A stretch of 64,000 nucleotides of DNA, taken from contig CAJFCJ010000009.1 of NCBI GenBank assembly GCA_904063045.1, forward strand, positions 352,942 to 416,941. The letters are read 5' to 3'. The position numbers were made by a program, and so were the translations under genes. The DNA comes from Dimorphilus gyrociliatus. Taxonomy: Eukaryota; Animalia; Annelida. Of this stretch, positions 48,478 through 62,658 are shown piece by piece; the stretch's first letter is position 1, and every line of letters starts with the position of its first letter. A model generated the notes under the pieces. That model made no database searches. It had not been told where the DNA came from and saw nothing but the letters and a program-made list of their open reading frames with translations.

Positions 48478-51400
48478 TTAAAAGTTGTACAAATGTTGGT
48501 CAGATGAGACAATTATTGGTGAGATAGTGTCTGGTAGACTCTTACTGAATTCTTGTAGTAATTTTGACCAATTATTTTTACCTTGGACATGATGACCTGT
48601 TACTCCAATTTTTATATAGTTTTTCGTTGTTTTTGTAATGCCTTTGAATTCGCACCAGAATTCTGTTGGTGTTTTAGGCCTGGTTCCGTATACATAAAAG
48701 ATAAAATAATTTTTGAATCCACCAGATACTAATGCTGGTTTTCCTATTCTATTTGATAAAGACCAAGCCGTAAGTTCAACATCTTTATCTGGTCTGATCG
48801 ATATTACACGTCTTTCTGGGCCTGAAAGAATGTGAATTTTTTCATAAAATCTATTTTATATCTAAATTTTATACCATCTAATTTAAAATAGACTCGAACT
48901 CCTGTCTCTGTTTCAATTCTTTTAACTTCCTCTAAATGAACTGCAGGTTCAATATTTGGTGAATCTCCAGGAATCCAGTATGAATGCTTTATCATGCGGG
49001 TAATTGGAAAATAAAAAGGTTGACCACAATAAGGCTCCTCAACTTTGCATGTTTGATGAGTGGCTTTGGCAACCATTGGATTCTTTTCTATCTGTTGAAT
49101 TCCATAATAATCGAAAGAAGAAATCCACAGTCCTGAATGAATTTTATTGAGAGAGTTTCCTTTACGTTCGGTTACAGCGGCATGCTATTTTTCACAAGAT
49201 AAACCTATAAGTTTGTTCACAAAGCTATTTTAAGATTATAAATTTTTACCTGGACTATGAGTCTTTGGGTGGATGGACTATTTTTGTTTGCTGAGTACGG
49301 AAAACCCATATTTGTAAAAAACACAAGGAGCAAACCTAATACAAGTAATCCGGCCAAGAGTAGCATCAATTTCTTAACACATTTGGTTACGTAGACTAAT
49401 GACATCTGTAATGATTATCATACAAATATTGTATATACGTAATTAATAAGAAAGATTTAAAGCTTTATCTACTTGGAAACATAGGCAGAAATAAGATAGG
49501 ATGGTAGTTAAGACTGCTATAACGTAGTCTGGAGGAATTCCATTACCAGTTCTACCAAATAGTGGTACAAAAAAGGCGTAAATATTATAAATGAAGTAAA
49601 TTCCAACGGATAGGGGAATGCTTATTGACAAAATATGTAAGAAACATCTTAATTTCAGAACGTGCAGGCTTTTTTCTGAAATTAAAAAGTTTTAAGCGAT
49701 ATAAACTCTACTTGAAAAAATTAAACTAGTATTACCCGCCGATAACAATGAACTTCCGTGGACCTTGATTAAAATCGGTGGTAACACAGTAAGAAAGAGC
49801 AGAACAGCAGAGTCTATCCTAAAAAAAAAGGAGAGATCGGGTTTTTTATTTGAATCGAAAGTACAAAATGTTACTTACTTAAATAGTGTTGCAACAAATA
49901 AAAGAATTGTGAAGATAAAAATAGTGCTTTCGAACACAATCTCCTCTATATCCATGGAATTATTCTTCAATTGGAAAAAAAGTATGAATATTAAAAGCAT
50001 ATAGTATACACTTATTAATTAAATATTCTAACTTACTTTGGTCTCTAATTTTCCTTTAAAGAAATTATGAACAGCAATCATTGACAGAAACGATGGCGCG
50101 ACGTATAACGCTAATAAAAATATATTTGCATATACTTTCGTTCACGATTTGGTAAATATAATAAATACTTACGGAATAGAAGCCAGGTATTTGTATACCA
50201 AGAAAGAACTTTATTAAATTTAGTTAGTAGGAATGCCACAGAGAAGGAGAGGAGAAGTGATGCAAAAAGAGCTATAATTTGTGCAAGTAAACCGACTAAG
50301 AAGGCTTTAATATACTCTGACCGTCCAACTCCCCCTGTTTTAATAAAAGTCATTAGTATTAATATAAAACCATTGCCGTATTATTCACTTTTTGAAAAAC
50401 CAAAAATTCTATTTATCACTTCCAAAAGAACAATTGCACAAGCGGTGCAGTTTAAAACGAGACCATAAGAAGAAGGATAAACAATCATAAAATATCCGTA
50501 GAAATCAAAAAACACAAAAGGATCCTTCTTAAATTCCGACGGTTTTGATAGATACGATGAGTTCGCAATGGCTTTTACAACAGCCAGCAAGTTTTCACCT
50601 GTGTAACATATCATCATATTGTACTTGAAAAATATTATATTTTAAACTAATTACCTCCTCGTTGAATACATCCCGTTGGAATTCGACTTGGATCATCGAA
50701 AATGGTATGATAGACATAGCCGTTATGAATATATGCGATATCCAATCCTATTTATTATAGATACATTTTAAATAACTATTTCACTGATGTAAATATAAAA
50801 CAACTACCGGATAATCCTCCATGATCTCTAAATATTCGAAAATCAGTGTCAGAGGGGATGATTCCCGATTGAAAGAGTTCTTGTCCAAATACGGCAGCAA
50901 ATGGGTGAGGAGCACTTTTAGCATAAGTATCTAAGAGCCAGGGAGTTCCAGGGCCGGCTTGAAACAATAGTTCTCTACCTCCAGCTCCAGCTGCTTCCAA
51001 ATTAACAAAAGCTCTAATAGTTTTTGCCCAAGGATGTTGAGTTATGAAACCATGGCTTGCTTGGAGGATGGTCTCTTCTGCGCCATTGAACAGAAAAATG
51101 ATTCCGTGATTCAAATTTTCTGGAGATTTACTAAGGATTCTCAAAACTTCGAGCATAAGCGCACAAGACACCACGTCGTCACTGGCACCAGGAGCCCCGA
51201 TTTGCGAGTCATAATGGCAATTTACTAATAAATCATGATTCGTACCAGATTTTGGCCTCAATCTGACTGCTATATTGTTAACATTTTCGTATAATTGTCC
51301 AAAAGAGGCACCAAGAGCATCCAATGTGTAAGAGCCAGAACTTCTCTCGGATATAATTTCGAATGTATGAGAGTTTGCCGATCCTTCGCGATATTTTCTC

Positions 51401-51732
51401 AGAGTTGACAACAAATACTCAACCGTTGTTACTTCATTTTCAACACTACCAACCGTTCGTACTCCAATATCAGTGATATTGACTAGATGGCTTCTCGCAA
51501 TTTCCTCAATAAACTCACCATCGCTTGATTTGTCAATTGTTTTGGGTTCAGGAAAGACAAAGTTGCGCGAATGAGCAAATAGAAGAAAGGCCAAGTTTAA
51601 AAGAATGATAATTAACCAAATTTTCATACCAATTTGATTATCTAATTTTTTTAACTTTGTTGAACCATTCTTCCTACTATCGCGGGTCTTAGCTTGCATA
51701 GGCTTTTCATTACTTCGCTTGCGAACCTCCAT
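48478..51732 (-). CDS. ERMP1: Endoplasmic reticulum metallopeptidase 1 (M28 family, multi-TM)
   Basis: [37 protein letters not shown], followed by multiple TM exons and a luminal C-terminus ending ...DQHLYNF*. Confidence 0.93.
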
Positions 51733-52243
51733 TATGCAAGACTTTTTGGATTATAGACGATTTTTTAGATGTTTGTTTGTATTTGGTAGGAAGCTACCCG
51801 GCGCATTTAGGAATACGAAGACGAAATCGTAAAATATAGGTTGATCAGTAAATATTTTTGAAAAATAATGAAAAGATAATTGGTTTATATTGGTTTTATC
51901 ACATCCCAATCAAGATAAATAATTGCAAGATATTCTATTATTTTCAAGCTGAGAACCGGTCATTACATTTATGGAACCGGTTAGTCCAGTGTTCTTTTTC
52001 TTAATGATTTTTCCATTTATAAAAAAATTTCCCTATTAAATTTACAAAAGCAAATATTTAAATACTTTTTAATTCATAAATAATTCCTAAAATTGACAAA
52101 AATAATAATAATAATATTAGCTTCGTTGTTTTGTTAATACTCATAAACTAATTCAGCATTCTTCATTAATTACAAAATATACAAATTTATAATAACAATA
52201 ATATTAAAAAGTAAATCATTTCGTTTTTCCAATAGACAATAAA

Positions 52244-52755
52244 TCAGTCTTTACGAGATTTTACTTTAGCCGTCTTAGAATAATAAACAACTTGAAAACA
52301 TAGTATAAAGTTCAGAAGTGAAACACTACTGTATATAGAAATCTTCAGCACATCCCCAGTTTCAATTAAATTTGTATACAGTCTTCCAGTAGTACGAAAA
52401 GTCTGTAGAAGGACTGTTAAAAGGGATAATTGTCCGCAATCTGAGTTTTTGAAATTAGCATAAATCTGAACTATCTGCAAAGAGGAGAACAGTTGTTCAT
52501 ATAGATAAATCATTATAAAAATGTATGCTGCATAATTACTTTTGAAAAAGCCACAATTGGAGTAGATAGCACTTGTAGTGTTTGATGAAATATCAATGGT
52601 ACAAATGGAGATAATAATATCAATGACATCGAAAATACAAAGATGATAAGAAAAGGTATATAAGCTCTCCTATTCGTGTAATATAGAAACAGGCAGTTTA
52701 TTATTAAGGCTTGTATACCCAGGCAGATACTTTCACCCCATACACTAAAAGGAGG

Positions 52756-52787
<32 letters not shown>

Positions 52788-53110
52788 AGAGGAATAGGTT
52801 AGTATATATATATATAAACTTTTGACAAAAAGTCTTACCTTATTGGATAATTTTTTACGTACGAATAGCTAATATTCCAGCAAGTTGTTATTAAAGCGAG
52901 GAAAACATAAAGAAATTGTATCCCCTGAACGCTTTTGACCTTCCATATTTTAAAAACTTGAGGAAGTTTTGCTTTAAAATAGAAATATTTTACATTTTAA
53001 TTGAATAAGTTACATATGTAAATATTCTATGAGATTCTTACCAAACAATGAAGTAGCTAGAATGACAGAATAGCCAATCAATTTACTAGTAAGAAGCTTT
53101 AAGCAATCTT
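52244..53110 (-). CDS. MPDU1: Mannose-P-dolichol utilization defect 1-like PQ-loop protein (5' end not resolved)
   Basis: EDCLKLLTSKLIGYSV.../AKLPQVFKIWKVKS...NYPI/.../...QIYANFKNSDCGQLSLLTV...RLYTNLIETGD...KSRKD*. Confidence 0.7.
52756..52780. repeat. (GA)n microsatellite
   Basis: GA run inside an MPDU1 intron. Similar GA runs occur near 21279, 24715, 29293, 30083 and 62283. Confidence 0.85.
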
Positions 53111-55128
53111 CTGTTAAATTTGAACAGATTACTTTTGTAAGTAGGTTAAAAACACTCTTATAAATGTTTATAACTTCAACATGGGATTCTTGAGATTATT
53201 TACGAAAAATTTATTACATATAAGACCTGTATGTAATTATATTACATAAGAAGATATTTGTGGGCCTACATCGCTAAAATATATCGATATTTGTCCTTAA
53301 TTTACCTTATAGCATTTTTAAATGGTATTACATACAGCAAGGTTTTAATGATAGGTTTACCGTTAAAAATTTCTTTCTGATTTATAAGTAGATCGTAGCA
53401 TTTTGGTGATAAGAGAAGGAAATTCTCCGACATTGCTTAGTGTCTGCTATAAGGCTAGTGAATACGGCCATATCTTTGAGAGATTGATAAGTTATTGTTA
53501 AAATTTATTCCGACAGATGCCACTTTGCTTTTTTTTCTACGTGTTATTGGTCCATACATCCTCTATTGTCCTTATTTTACACGTAATGTTGCCCGGATTG
53601 TGACTGATTTATTTTCAATAAAAGGAAAGATAAAGGACAACTTGCGCAATCTTTAAATTTGACACCTATATTGATTAGTTTATGCTAATTCAAGGGCATT
53701 TCAACAAAAGAACATTAATTTATCGAATAAACATTCAATTTTTTTTCAAATATCATAAAAAGCTAAGGTGTGTAAAATTTGAAAAAAACTCAGCAACTAG
53801 CGTAGCAATCATAACCAGTTTTCAGAACATATTTAACCAAATTGGAATATTTCGTGCCCACGTACTTTAGGAGTATACATAGGCCGTTGCAGGAAGAACA
53901 TCAAAGATATCCTTTCTTCAGCCGTATGATTATTAACCAGGTAATTAATTAATAGCAATTCCACTCATCTCTTATTCTTTTTACATTAAAGATTATATAT
54001 AATGTCTATATATTTATATCTATATATTCTACATTGAAAGACAATTATTCTAAACTTTTCCATGCATCAATGTCGTTGATATATGGAATCACGAATAATT
54101 AAACATTTTTTTACTTTCCCATTATTTAATTAATTTTATTTTATTTGAAAAAATTTGAAGAAAACATCTTCTCTTTCCAATAATCGAATATAAAATTGGT
54201 TGATTTTTAAGGTAAAGTAATTGTATTTGTATCTTAACCGCCTGAATTTCTTATACACGTTGTGACCTTACGTTTAAAAGGTTAGATAAATGCAAAAAAA
54301 TTAAATTAACTTCTATTTTACTTAAAACCAAACAATGTTCTGTATTATTTCAACACTTTTGTACTAGTTTTAACCGATTACAACATAATTAATCTGGGAA
54401 AACTGTCTGTCCTCAACGAACACACTGTGTCCGCGCTTCGATCAATGAAAGTGAATAGTTAGCAATTTCTTTTCAAATAAAAATTAATACTATATTCAGT
54501 ATTAGACTCTATTAGGTAAGAATAATTTTCATCAAGGTTATGGAATAGTGGCTTGAATATGAATATTAGGCAATCTTTTTTATGATTTATCATGAGTAAA
54601 TATAACTATCGTAATGTTAGACTACTTTTTTTTGCAAATACTTGTAGAAAAAAATTTAACTTGTCTGATTTTAAGGCTAAAATAAAAAAAGATACTTCAA
54701 ACTTTTCTTTGAGAAATGCTAAGCAGACAACATTTGATATGAACAAGTTTTTTAAATTATGACATGGAAGCTTTTTCTAGCCATTTATAATTAAAAGATG
54801 AAAGTATTCTTATCCTCACAGTATTATCAAAGGATACTTTAATGATTTATTGATTTTCCCTAATAGTTACAGATGCGACCATATGACTATCCTAGTTATC
54901 ATGAGGGGTTTTCCTTTCACCACTCTTCTTAAATGATTAATTTTATTTTCTTTTTTATAGACGCCTAATATTATTCTCATAGTAATTCTAATAAGTGTTT
55001 AATCTGTTTCTAGTTGTTGTATGTTAAGTTAAAAGTTGTCTTCTAAAACGAATCCTTGTGGGTTCGTCAATATTCTTTGGGGTTATAAAGGCGGTTGTTT
55101 TCAGGTGCGCAAATTCGCTTCAAACGTC

Positions 55129-56192
55129 ATGGCAAGCATAAGGCCTGTTGTTCTTAGCGGTCCAAGTGGCAGTGGGAAAAGTACATTGTTGAAAAAACTT
55201 ATGGAAGAATATCCTAAATGTTTTGCTTTCAGGTAAGAAATGAGAAAAATAAACGCTTATTTATTCGTGACAATCATAGTGTCCTACCTGTATTTTTGTA
55301 CACTCCATAGCTGAAAAATAATTCTATTATTTGTAGTATTTATGATTAAAAAGCCTTTGTAGACAAGTTAGGTATTGTATTCTTGCATTAAAAAAAAAGT
55401 GCTTAAAAAATATGCTATTTAGGAGAAACTTTTCTAAATAACAACGTGAGGTGTGTAATTGTTAATTGAGATACTGTTTATAATTTGTATTTGACTTGTA
55501 TGTAATAGTGAAATTTTAATTGTCTGTTTCAGCGTCTCACACACAACTCGAGATCCCCGTCCAGGAGAAAAGCATGGAACTCATTATTATTACGTTTCAA
55601 GGGAAGAAATGACTAAAATGATATCGAATAATGAATTCGTTGAACACGCTGAATTTTCCAATAATTTATATGGAACAAGTAAGATGGCTATTGAAAAAGT
55701 TCAAGCTTCTGGCAGAATATGTATGCTGGACATAGATATGCAGGTAATTTCAGAAAACGTTTCATATCAATTTCTTTCATTTTTCAAAATTTTTTTCAAT
55801 CAAGGGTGTTAAAAATATCAAAAAAACCGACTTGAATCCACTGTGCATATTCATTCAACCTCCTAGTTTAGAAAAACTAGAACAAAGATTGAGGGATCGA
55901 AAGACAGGTGATTTATAAATTAAATATATTAGCTTTGCGCTCATTGATTGACTCTTTTGGTAATCTTCTAGACACTGAAGAAGCTATCCAACGTAGACTT
56001 AAAATAGCGAATGGAGAGATGGAATATTCAAAAACCCAAGGAGCCTACGATCATATCGTTATCAACGATGAGTTGGAAATAAGCTACCAAAAGTTGAAAG
56101 GGCTGTTGATAAAGGTGAGTTCAATTTGTTTCAATTTGGAATAGTTTAAATAGCTAGAAATCTTCATTTAGTATATAGAACAAGTACAGTGA
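55129..56192 (+). CDS. GUK1: Guanylate kinase
   Basis: [15 protein letters not shown] (P-loop), [56 protein letters not shown]. The terminal exon is ambiguous. Confidence 0.95.
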
Positions 56193-57163
56193 ACAGGTTG
56201 GTTTAAAGCAAGTTTTTTTCATTTATATTTCACTCTTGCACTGACGAAAAACAATGGAATTGCATGAAAAACATAATTGTTTAAGAGAAAAGGCCTTTAT
56301 AAGATATAGTTCGTATGACAAATCACACCTTAAAACTGCCTTTAGACTTAAGCGGCTGGTTATTTTTGGCAGCATAAATCAATATTCAGCGCTTTTAAGC
56401 TATACATTCTATAGTAATTACCTTTCTAATAGCTCGTGTCTTAATCTTTACAGGTATATGTGGCTAATGTAAAGCGACGAATGATAATTTTTCTAAATAT
56501 CTAGCATCCTTTTTTCAACTGAATGTCTTGTAGTAGCATATTATATAGTGTTTAGATGTTACTTTTCTATTGACTGTTTAAAGTTAAACATTTTATATTT
56601 AATTGCAGGATATTGATATTGTCTTGAAGAACCAATACAAATCTTTCCAAGACTAAACGTCAAGAAATTAGAAAATAAGCTTCACTTAAGTTTTAATGTT
56701 TGTCTGTATTTGCACAAAATGTATCTTATAAGTATGTCTCCTGATACATTATCTCTTTCTCTTTTATGAGACCAAATATTAATTATTCTGAAAATATATC
56801 TGCTAACTGTTAGGGTAGAATACTGAAGGGAAGTAAAAGTATTTATTCCGGAAAATATTAGTATCTGTATATCTGTACGTGAAATGTATTTTAACTTTTC
56901 TTTTCTCAATCTATGTCTTAAAGTTTACTGTAACGAGATAGTGAACCCTTCCATCACACGATTTTCATTATTATTTTGTTTTTATTTCGCTTCTTTCTCT
57001 ACAAAAGAAAACTTGTAATTATTATCTTGACTTTTGTTCTACTATAAAACTGTTAAAATTTCATAAAGCTTGTGTATTTCAGTGTCCAAGATATGAAAAA
57101 TTTAAAATAAACCCGACTATGATTTATTAAAGCGAAGCTATGAAAGGTGAAAGTAAGAGCAAA

Positions 57164-57723
57164 TTAGTCCAAGCTTTCAGAATTCATTGTTTCCCCGTTA
57201 ACAACCGCTCTTTGCCAATCGTTCATTAAATCGCGAAATTTTCTCTTATAATCCTTTTCAATTATTTCGTTCTTTGTTGATCTTGATTCGGAAGAAACTC
57301 TACAAGTATTCGTTGAAATTTTTGGTTTAATTGCTTGTCTCTCCCAATTCTGGACCAAATTGACAAAGCTAGCGGATCTGACAAGAGGTTTTTCTTCTGC
57401 TTGCGTATTCGAAAGAAAGTCTTTCTCCAACGGTCTAGTTGCAATAGTTCGCTTGTCGGTAGAAGCTAGAAGGCTGTTTAGCAAAGTGTTTTTATTATAT
57501 TATCAAAATATTATTTCGCTTCTTACCCATCGTAAGTCTGAACCCCAACTGACTTTCCAAATCTAATATTCATATTAACTTGTATGCGCTTTGATCGAGG
57601 TCTGGCCCTTACCGACTTTCTCCGCAGTAATTCTACATATTGGAAGCATTCTTGGCGAAGAGTTTCGCATTCAATAGATTTCTCTGCATAAGCACGACGA
57701 AGAACATCCACTTCGTCATCCAT
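57164..57723 (-). CDS. Uncharacterised protein with N-terminal coiled-coil (~170 aa, 2 exons)
   Basis: MDDEVDVLRRAYAEK...VGVQTYDG spliced across a ~50-nt intron to LLASTDKRT...NSESLD*. Confidence 0.6.
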
Positions 57724-58119
57724 TAGATCGAATGTCGATGATCCAACAACAAAGCCAAACTTGTTAGAAATTTTTCATTGATAAGACATGAATGAAGGTA
57801 GGTAAAGCATGTTAAATCGATAATTCTTTACCTACCATAAAAAGTAACCTTGGGAAGAAGTTGTATTTTACAAATATTATATATCATTCACTATAAAGGC
57901 GGGAAAATATGCAAAATATAAAATGAATATTTATTAAATTGATTAAAAGATAAATGTATTAAAATTGTAAAAAAACGAAGTATAAAATTATGAAATTCGA
58001 ACAACAATTATAAACAAACATATCTAGAGAATGATTTCAATTAAAAAAGAATTAAAAGACTTTTGCAGTTTTTTGCAAAGGTTGAATATTTTGTTCATTT
58101 TCACTTTCTCTTTGACTTA

Positions 58120-59567
58120 TTAAGATATATACTTAATTAAAATAGGTTCATTGGGATCGAGGAGTATCCAACGCTTCATTGCTAATGGAATATCTAAATT
58201 GTTAATTGTATGTAATACATTAAATCTTGAGTGTCTTCTCACACAAATAATGCATTGTTCTCTTAAAGTTTTTGTGACTTGTGGAAGTTTAGAGTTATAC
58301 TGATGGCTGAATATAGCTCTTTCTATAAGTTCTATAGCTTCAGAATTCCTTATCCTTTCTAATAAACTATACATTTTAATTTTATTTAGATTGGTAAAGC
58401 CGTAAACTCTTATTGCAATTTTGAATGGTAAAAGACCTTTTTCAGGTTGTGCATTCCAACCCAATCCATTCCATAATTCAAAAGAATCAGCTCCATGAGT
58501 TAAAAGTAATAATCCCAAATGTAGACGATATTCACTCATATGTGATTGCAAATAACTAATACAGCAACTATCATATTGCTTTTGGGGTGAATAGTAAAAA
58601 GCCAACTCGATTGGAAAATGATACGAAAGTACAACAGCTCTTGAACTGTTTGGTCCATATTTCATGACATTCTTTAAGCATTTTTCGCAATTGAGATCTA
58701 TAGCCCAACATATTGGTGTTGCTTTCTCGTCGACATTGGCAAAACTTAGAAAGGGATTCATAGCTAAGGCTTCCTCGATTATATTACACCTGTATAATAT
58801 TAAATTATCAATATTAGCTGAAGGACTACTATGTACACTGTATATTCTATGTATATACGATATATATATATACAGTATATATATTTTTACCTATGATAAA
58901 ACCAGAGGAAATACCAAGGAGATTGTTCGTTGTTTATAGAATAAGTGACAGTAGTTGATTTGAGTAAAATACTGAGAATTTCATCACTAGCTTGGGTTGT
59001 ACAAGCCCGAATGAGAGGTGTCATACCTTGAACATTATCATATTTTTCATTTGCATTATAACTGTCCAGTAATTTGACTAAAGAAATATCATCTCTATCT
59101 ATTGCAAAATATAAGACAGAGGGAACTTTTTCCGTTTGACGAAAGCATTTGTTTTCTAAGAGAAATTTGACAATCGTGAGATTCACGGTGGCAACTGTAC
59201 ACGCAATATGTAAAGCATTATGTCCTGACGTATCTATTGCGTTAATATCAGCTCCCCAATAGCATAACAATTTAATAATGTTTATATTGCCAATTTTTAC
59301 TGCTGCATGAAGAGGAACAGGCTTGACATTAGGATCAGCTCCGTTTCTTAATAATAGCTCTACAACTTCTACACAACCACTCATACATGCAATATACAGA
59401 GGAGACAATCCAAAACTATTCTTCTCGTTCACATTTCCGTTCCATCCTATGAACTGACGAAGAAGACCAATTTCTCTGCACTCTACCAGATAATGTAAGT
59501 AATTTAAACCTTTTGGAGTTACAGTATATTCCGCTCCATAAGGCAAATCAACTTTAAAATCAACCAT
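58120..59567 (-). CDS. Ankyrin repeat and SOCS box protein (ASB-like)
   Basis: Ankyrin repeats GLSPLYIACMSG...LLLRNGADPN, PLHAAVKIG...GADIN, GHNALHIAC. SOCS box KTLREQCIICVRRH...LDIPLAMKRWILL. Two exons. Confidence 0.88.
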
Positions 59568-60777
59568 GTCTGCTCTCTCTCTAGAGTAGTATTGAACACT
59601 TTTGACTCAACTTATGTATAAAATTCGAAATATTGCGCAAACGTAGAATGTTGAACGTAGCAACAGACACGTGTTAGGGAAAATACTTGAGGAATTCCTC
59701 TATGACTCACCAACACAAAATTTCTTCCTTATATAGAAGTAGTGTACATATATGTATATATAAATATTAGAAAATATAATATTAATTAAACAAGTTGAGT
59801 AGTTTAAAAATAGAATAGTTAATTTCCTAGAAAAGAACAATTAAAAAACAAAGAAAGGAAATAGTAAACATCTTAAGGTTCTCTTCTACATTTTCCAATT
59901 AGGAACGTACCAATCTCTTCTCTTCTTATACCTTTCTAAAAAGAATATACTATATATCTTTATCTTTAATCTAAAAGAAAATAAAGAAATAAATATGAAT
60001 ATTCTGATAGAAAATTTTGTTTCTTTTTCATTAGAACTAAGTTCTTTTTATCAATAATTAGTTGGAAATATTTTGTTTGTTTTGATAAAATATTGTCTTG
60101 AGAAATGTCAGATCTTTTTATGTTTCAATCTCTTTTAGTAAGAAATACTGAGGTAAAAAAAAAATTACGTTAATTAATATGTTTTTATCATGAACGAATA
60201 GATTAGACGTTTATTAAAAAATGTATTTTGATGCTAATATCGCAAATATAAAAATGTCTTTTATGGAGTTAAGCTTCCCGATTAAAAAGTATATAGCATC
60301 TACTTAAAAAGTAACTATAACGAGAGACACTTTCAATGTTAAGATAAGATAAATTTAACATAAAAAAAAACTAAATAGAGAATCTAGAAACATCTTTCTA
60401 CTATCCAGTCTTCCTATTAAAAAATTTTTATTAGAATCTATTTTGTACTATTCCTTGACCTTCTTATCAAATGCTCCAATTAGATGACTTGAAAATGGAC
60501 AAAATAGGCTGAATTATATAGATATTCTGTAGCATTAACTTAATACATTTGACAAATGTCTTTTGTTGTCTGAAAGTTGTGTACTATTAAATATCAAAAT
60601 CCTAAACATATAAATAAGGCAAATTGTACTTTGTATTTTAAAGTTAAAGCCTAAATATTTATATAAAGTTCGAGACCTAATAAAAACCATACATGGATTA
60701 ACAAGCATACACATACACTATTCTTCCTCAACTTCATCAAATCATAAACATAAAACTAGTGCAAAAGTAAAGTAGTT

Positions 60778-62213
60778 ATGATTGAGAATATAAGAAAGTT
60801 TGTTTTATTCTCTCTTCTACTTTCTATGTTTGTACTGTGCAGAAGGTAATTAAATTTTTATTAATTAAAGCTATTAATTATAAAAGATTTCTATATTACA
60901 ATTCAATTGTCTAGTTTTAAAACTGTTTGTTACAAACGATGTGGATGTGTTACAAATGATAGATTTTTTATGGGTAAAACATTTAATCGAGTAAATTGAC
61001 TTTTAGGATTAAATAGAGCTTTTTTTCTAAATGTTTTTTAGATGCTCCTATGTTTGAATCAATAAAATCTGATGATATTACTTTTGATTTATACACTCCA
61101 GAGAAACCTAATGATCCAATTCGAACCAGTTTATCATTTTTACCGTTAAGTATTTGATTGTCTTTTCCACTTAATTGTGTTCATCTTTTGTATTGAATAG
61201 TGATGATTTTAAGAGTAATAGACCAACTAAACTCTTTCTACATGGCTGGAAAAGTTCACCCGAAACTTTTACATCAACTAAGGATAAGATATTTCAGTCT
61301 AAGAAACAAGTTAACGTTTTCCTCGTCAATTGGACATCTATTTCCAACCTATTATACTGCAAAGTAGGAAACTTAAAAATAGACTTAATTAATTAATTTA
61401 ATTAATTTCTTAGTCCGTTACCAATTTACAATTGGTCGGACACTGTGTGGCTTATTATCTAAGAAGACTAATTTATAAGTACGGTGGATCATCTATGGAC
61501 TATCATTGCATAGGTCATAGTTTGGGAGCTCACGCTTGCGGTTACATTGGTCAAAAATTCAAAAGATTTAACATGATATTAGGTCGAGCAACAGGATTAG
61601 ATCCTGCAGGTAAATATGTTTCCCTCTTTTTTTTCTATAAATTTCTCGTAACGTGTAATTAATTCTGTTTTTTTTACAACATCAAAAGGTCCTTGCTTCA
61701 AGTATACTCGTAACTCAAAGAGGTTGGATAAATCAGATGCACTTTTCCAAGATAATATTCATACGAGCACGAAAGGTTTTGACAAAGTATTAGGTATCTC
61801 CATGCCTCTTGGTCACGTAGATTTCTTTCCAAATTACCGCGAAGAGCAGCCACCGTGTGAATATGTCAGCAAGTGTATGTTAATAAGATGTTAAAAACAA
61901 TCTTTGTAGGATAAAAGGAATATTTTTTCTTATTACAGCAATATTATCTGCAAAATCTTGCGCTCATAGTATAGCTAAAGATTACTTTGTGGCATCTTTA
62001 GAGAGAGAATGCTCTTTCATTGCTGAACCATGTCACGTTGTAGGAACTAAAAGTGTTATCGATCGTTTTATAATTCACCTTTATGGTAATTGTGGTCATT
62101 CTTGTCAAATGAACACAACTTGCCAAAAGATGGGTTGGTACGCCAATGAAATGCCCGGAAGGGGCTCATTCTATCTCAGGACAAAAAGAATTTACCCTTA
62201 TTGTATAAATTAA
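60778..62213 (+). CDS. Secreted pancreatic-lipase-family lipase/phospholipase A1-like, copy 1
   Basis: Signal peptide, FLHGW, GHSLGAH (Ser), GLDPAG (Asp), CAHS (His); ends RIYPYCIN*. Confidence 0.9.
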
Positions 62214-62658
62214 TAATGCATCACGTCAACTTCACTTTTACTCTCGCACAAAACCTACTAATGTAAAGGAAAAGAAGGTTCATCTCTCTCTCTCTCTCTC
62301 TCCCTATCTCACCTTACACATATTTTTATTGTTAATACGTTGTTTTAATTAGTTAATACTTTTGTATTCTTATGATTCTAAAGTATGAAAAATGTATTTT
62401 ACTTTTAGAAATAATCTTTGATAAAGAATTTAAAAGTTTGTTCAAATTTAAATATATTTAGAAAATGAAAGTTTATGATAATCTCCTCATTTTAACCTGC
62501 GTACTTTTGGAATGTAGTTATGAAACAAATATTTTTATTCCTACATACTTTTCATAGTTATTTACAATGGGTTTGAACAGATGGATGATAAAGAAAAAAA
62601 ATTACGTTTAGGTATAAATAAGCTTAAATATATTACTTTAAAAATTATTTCAGTCATC

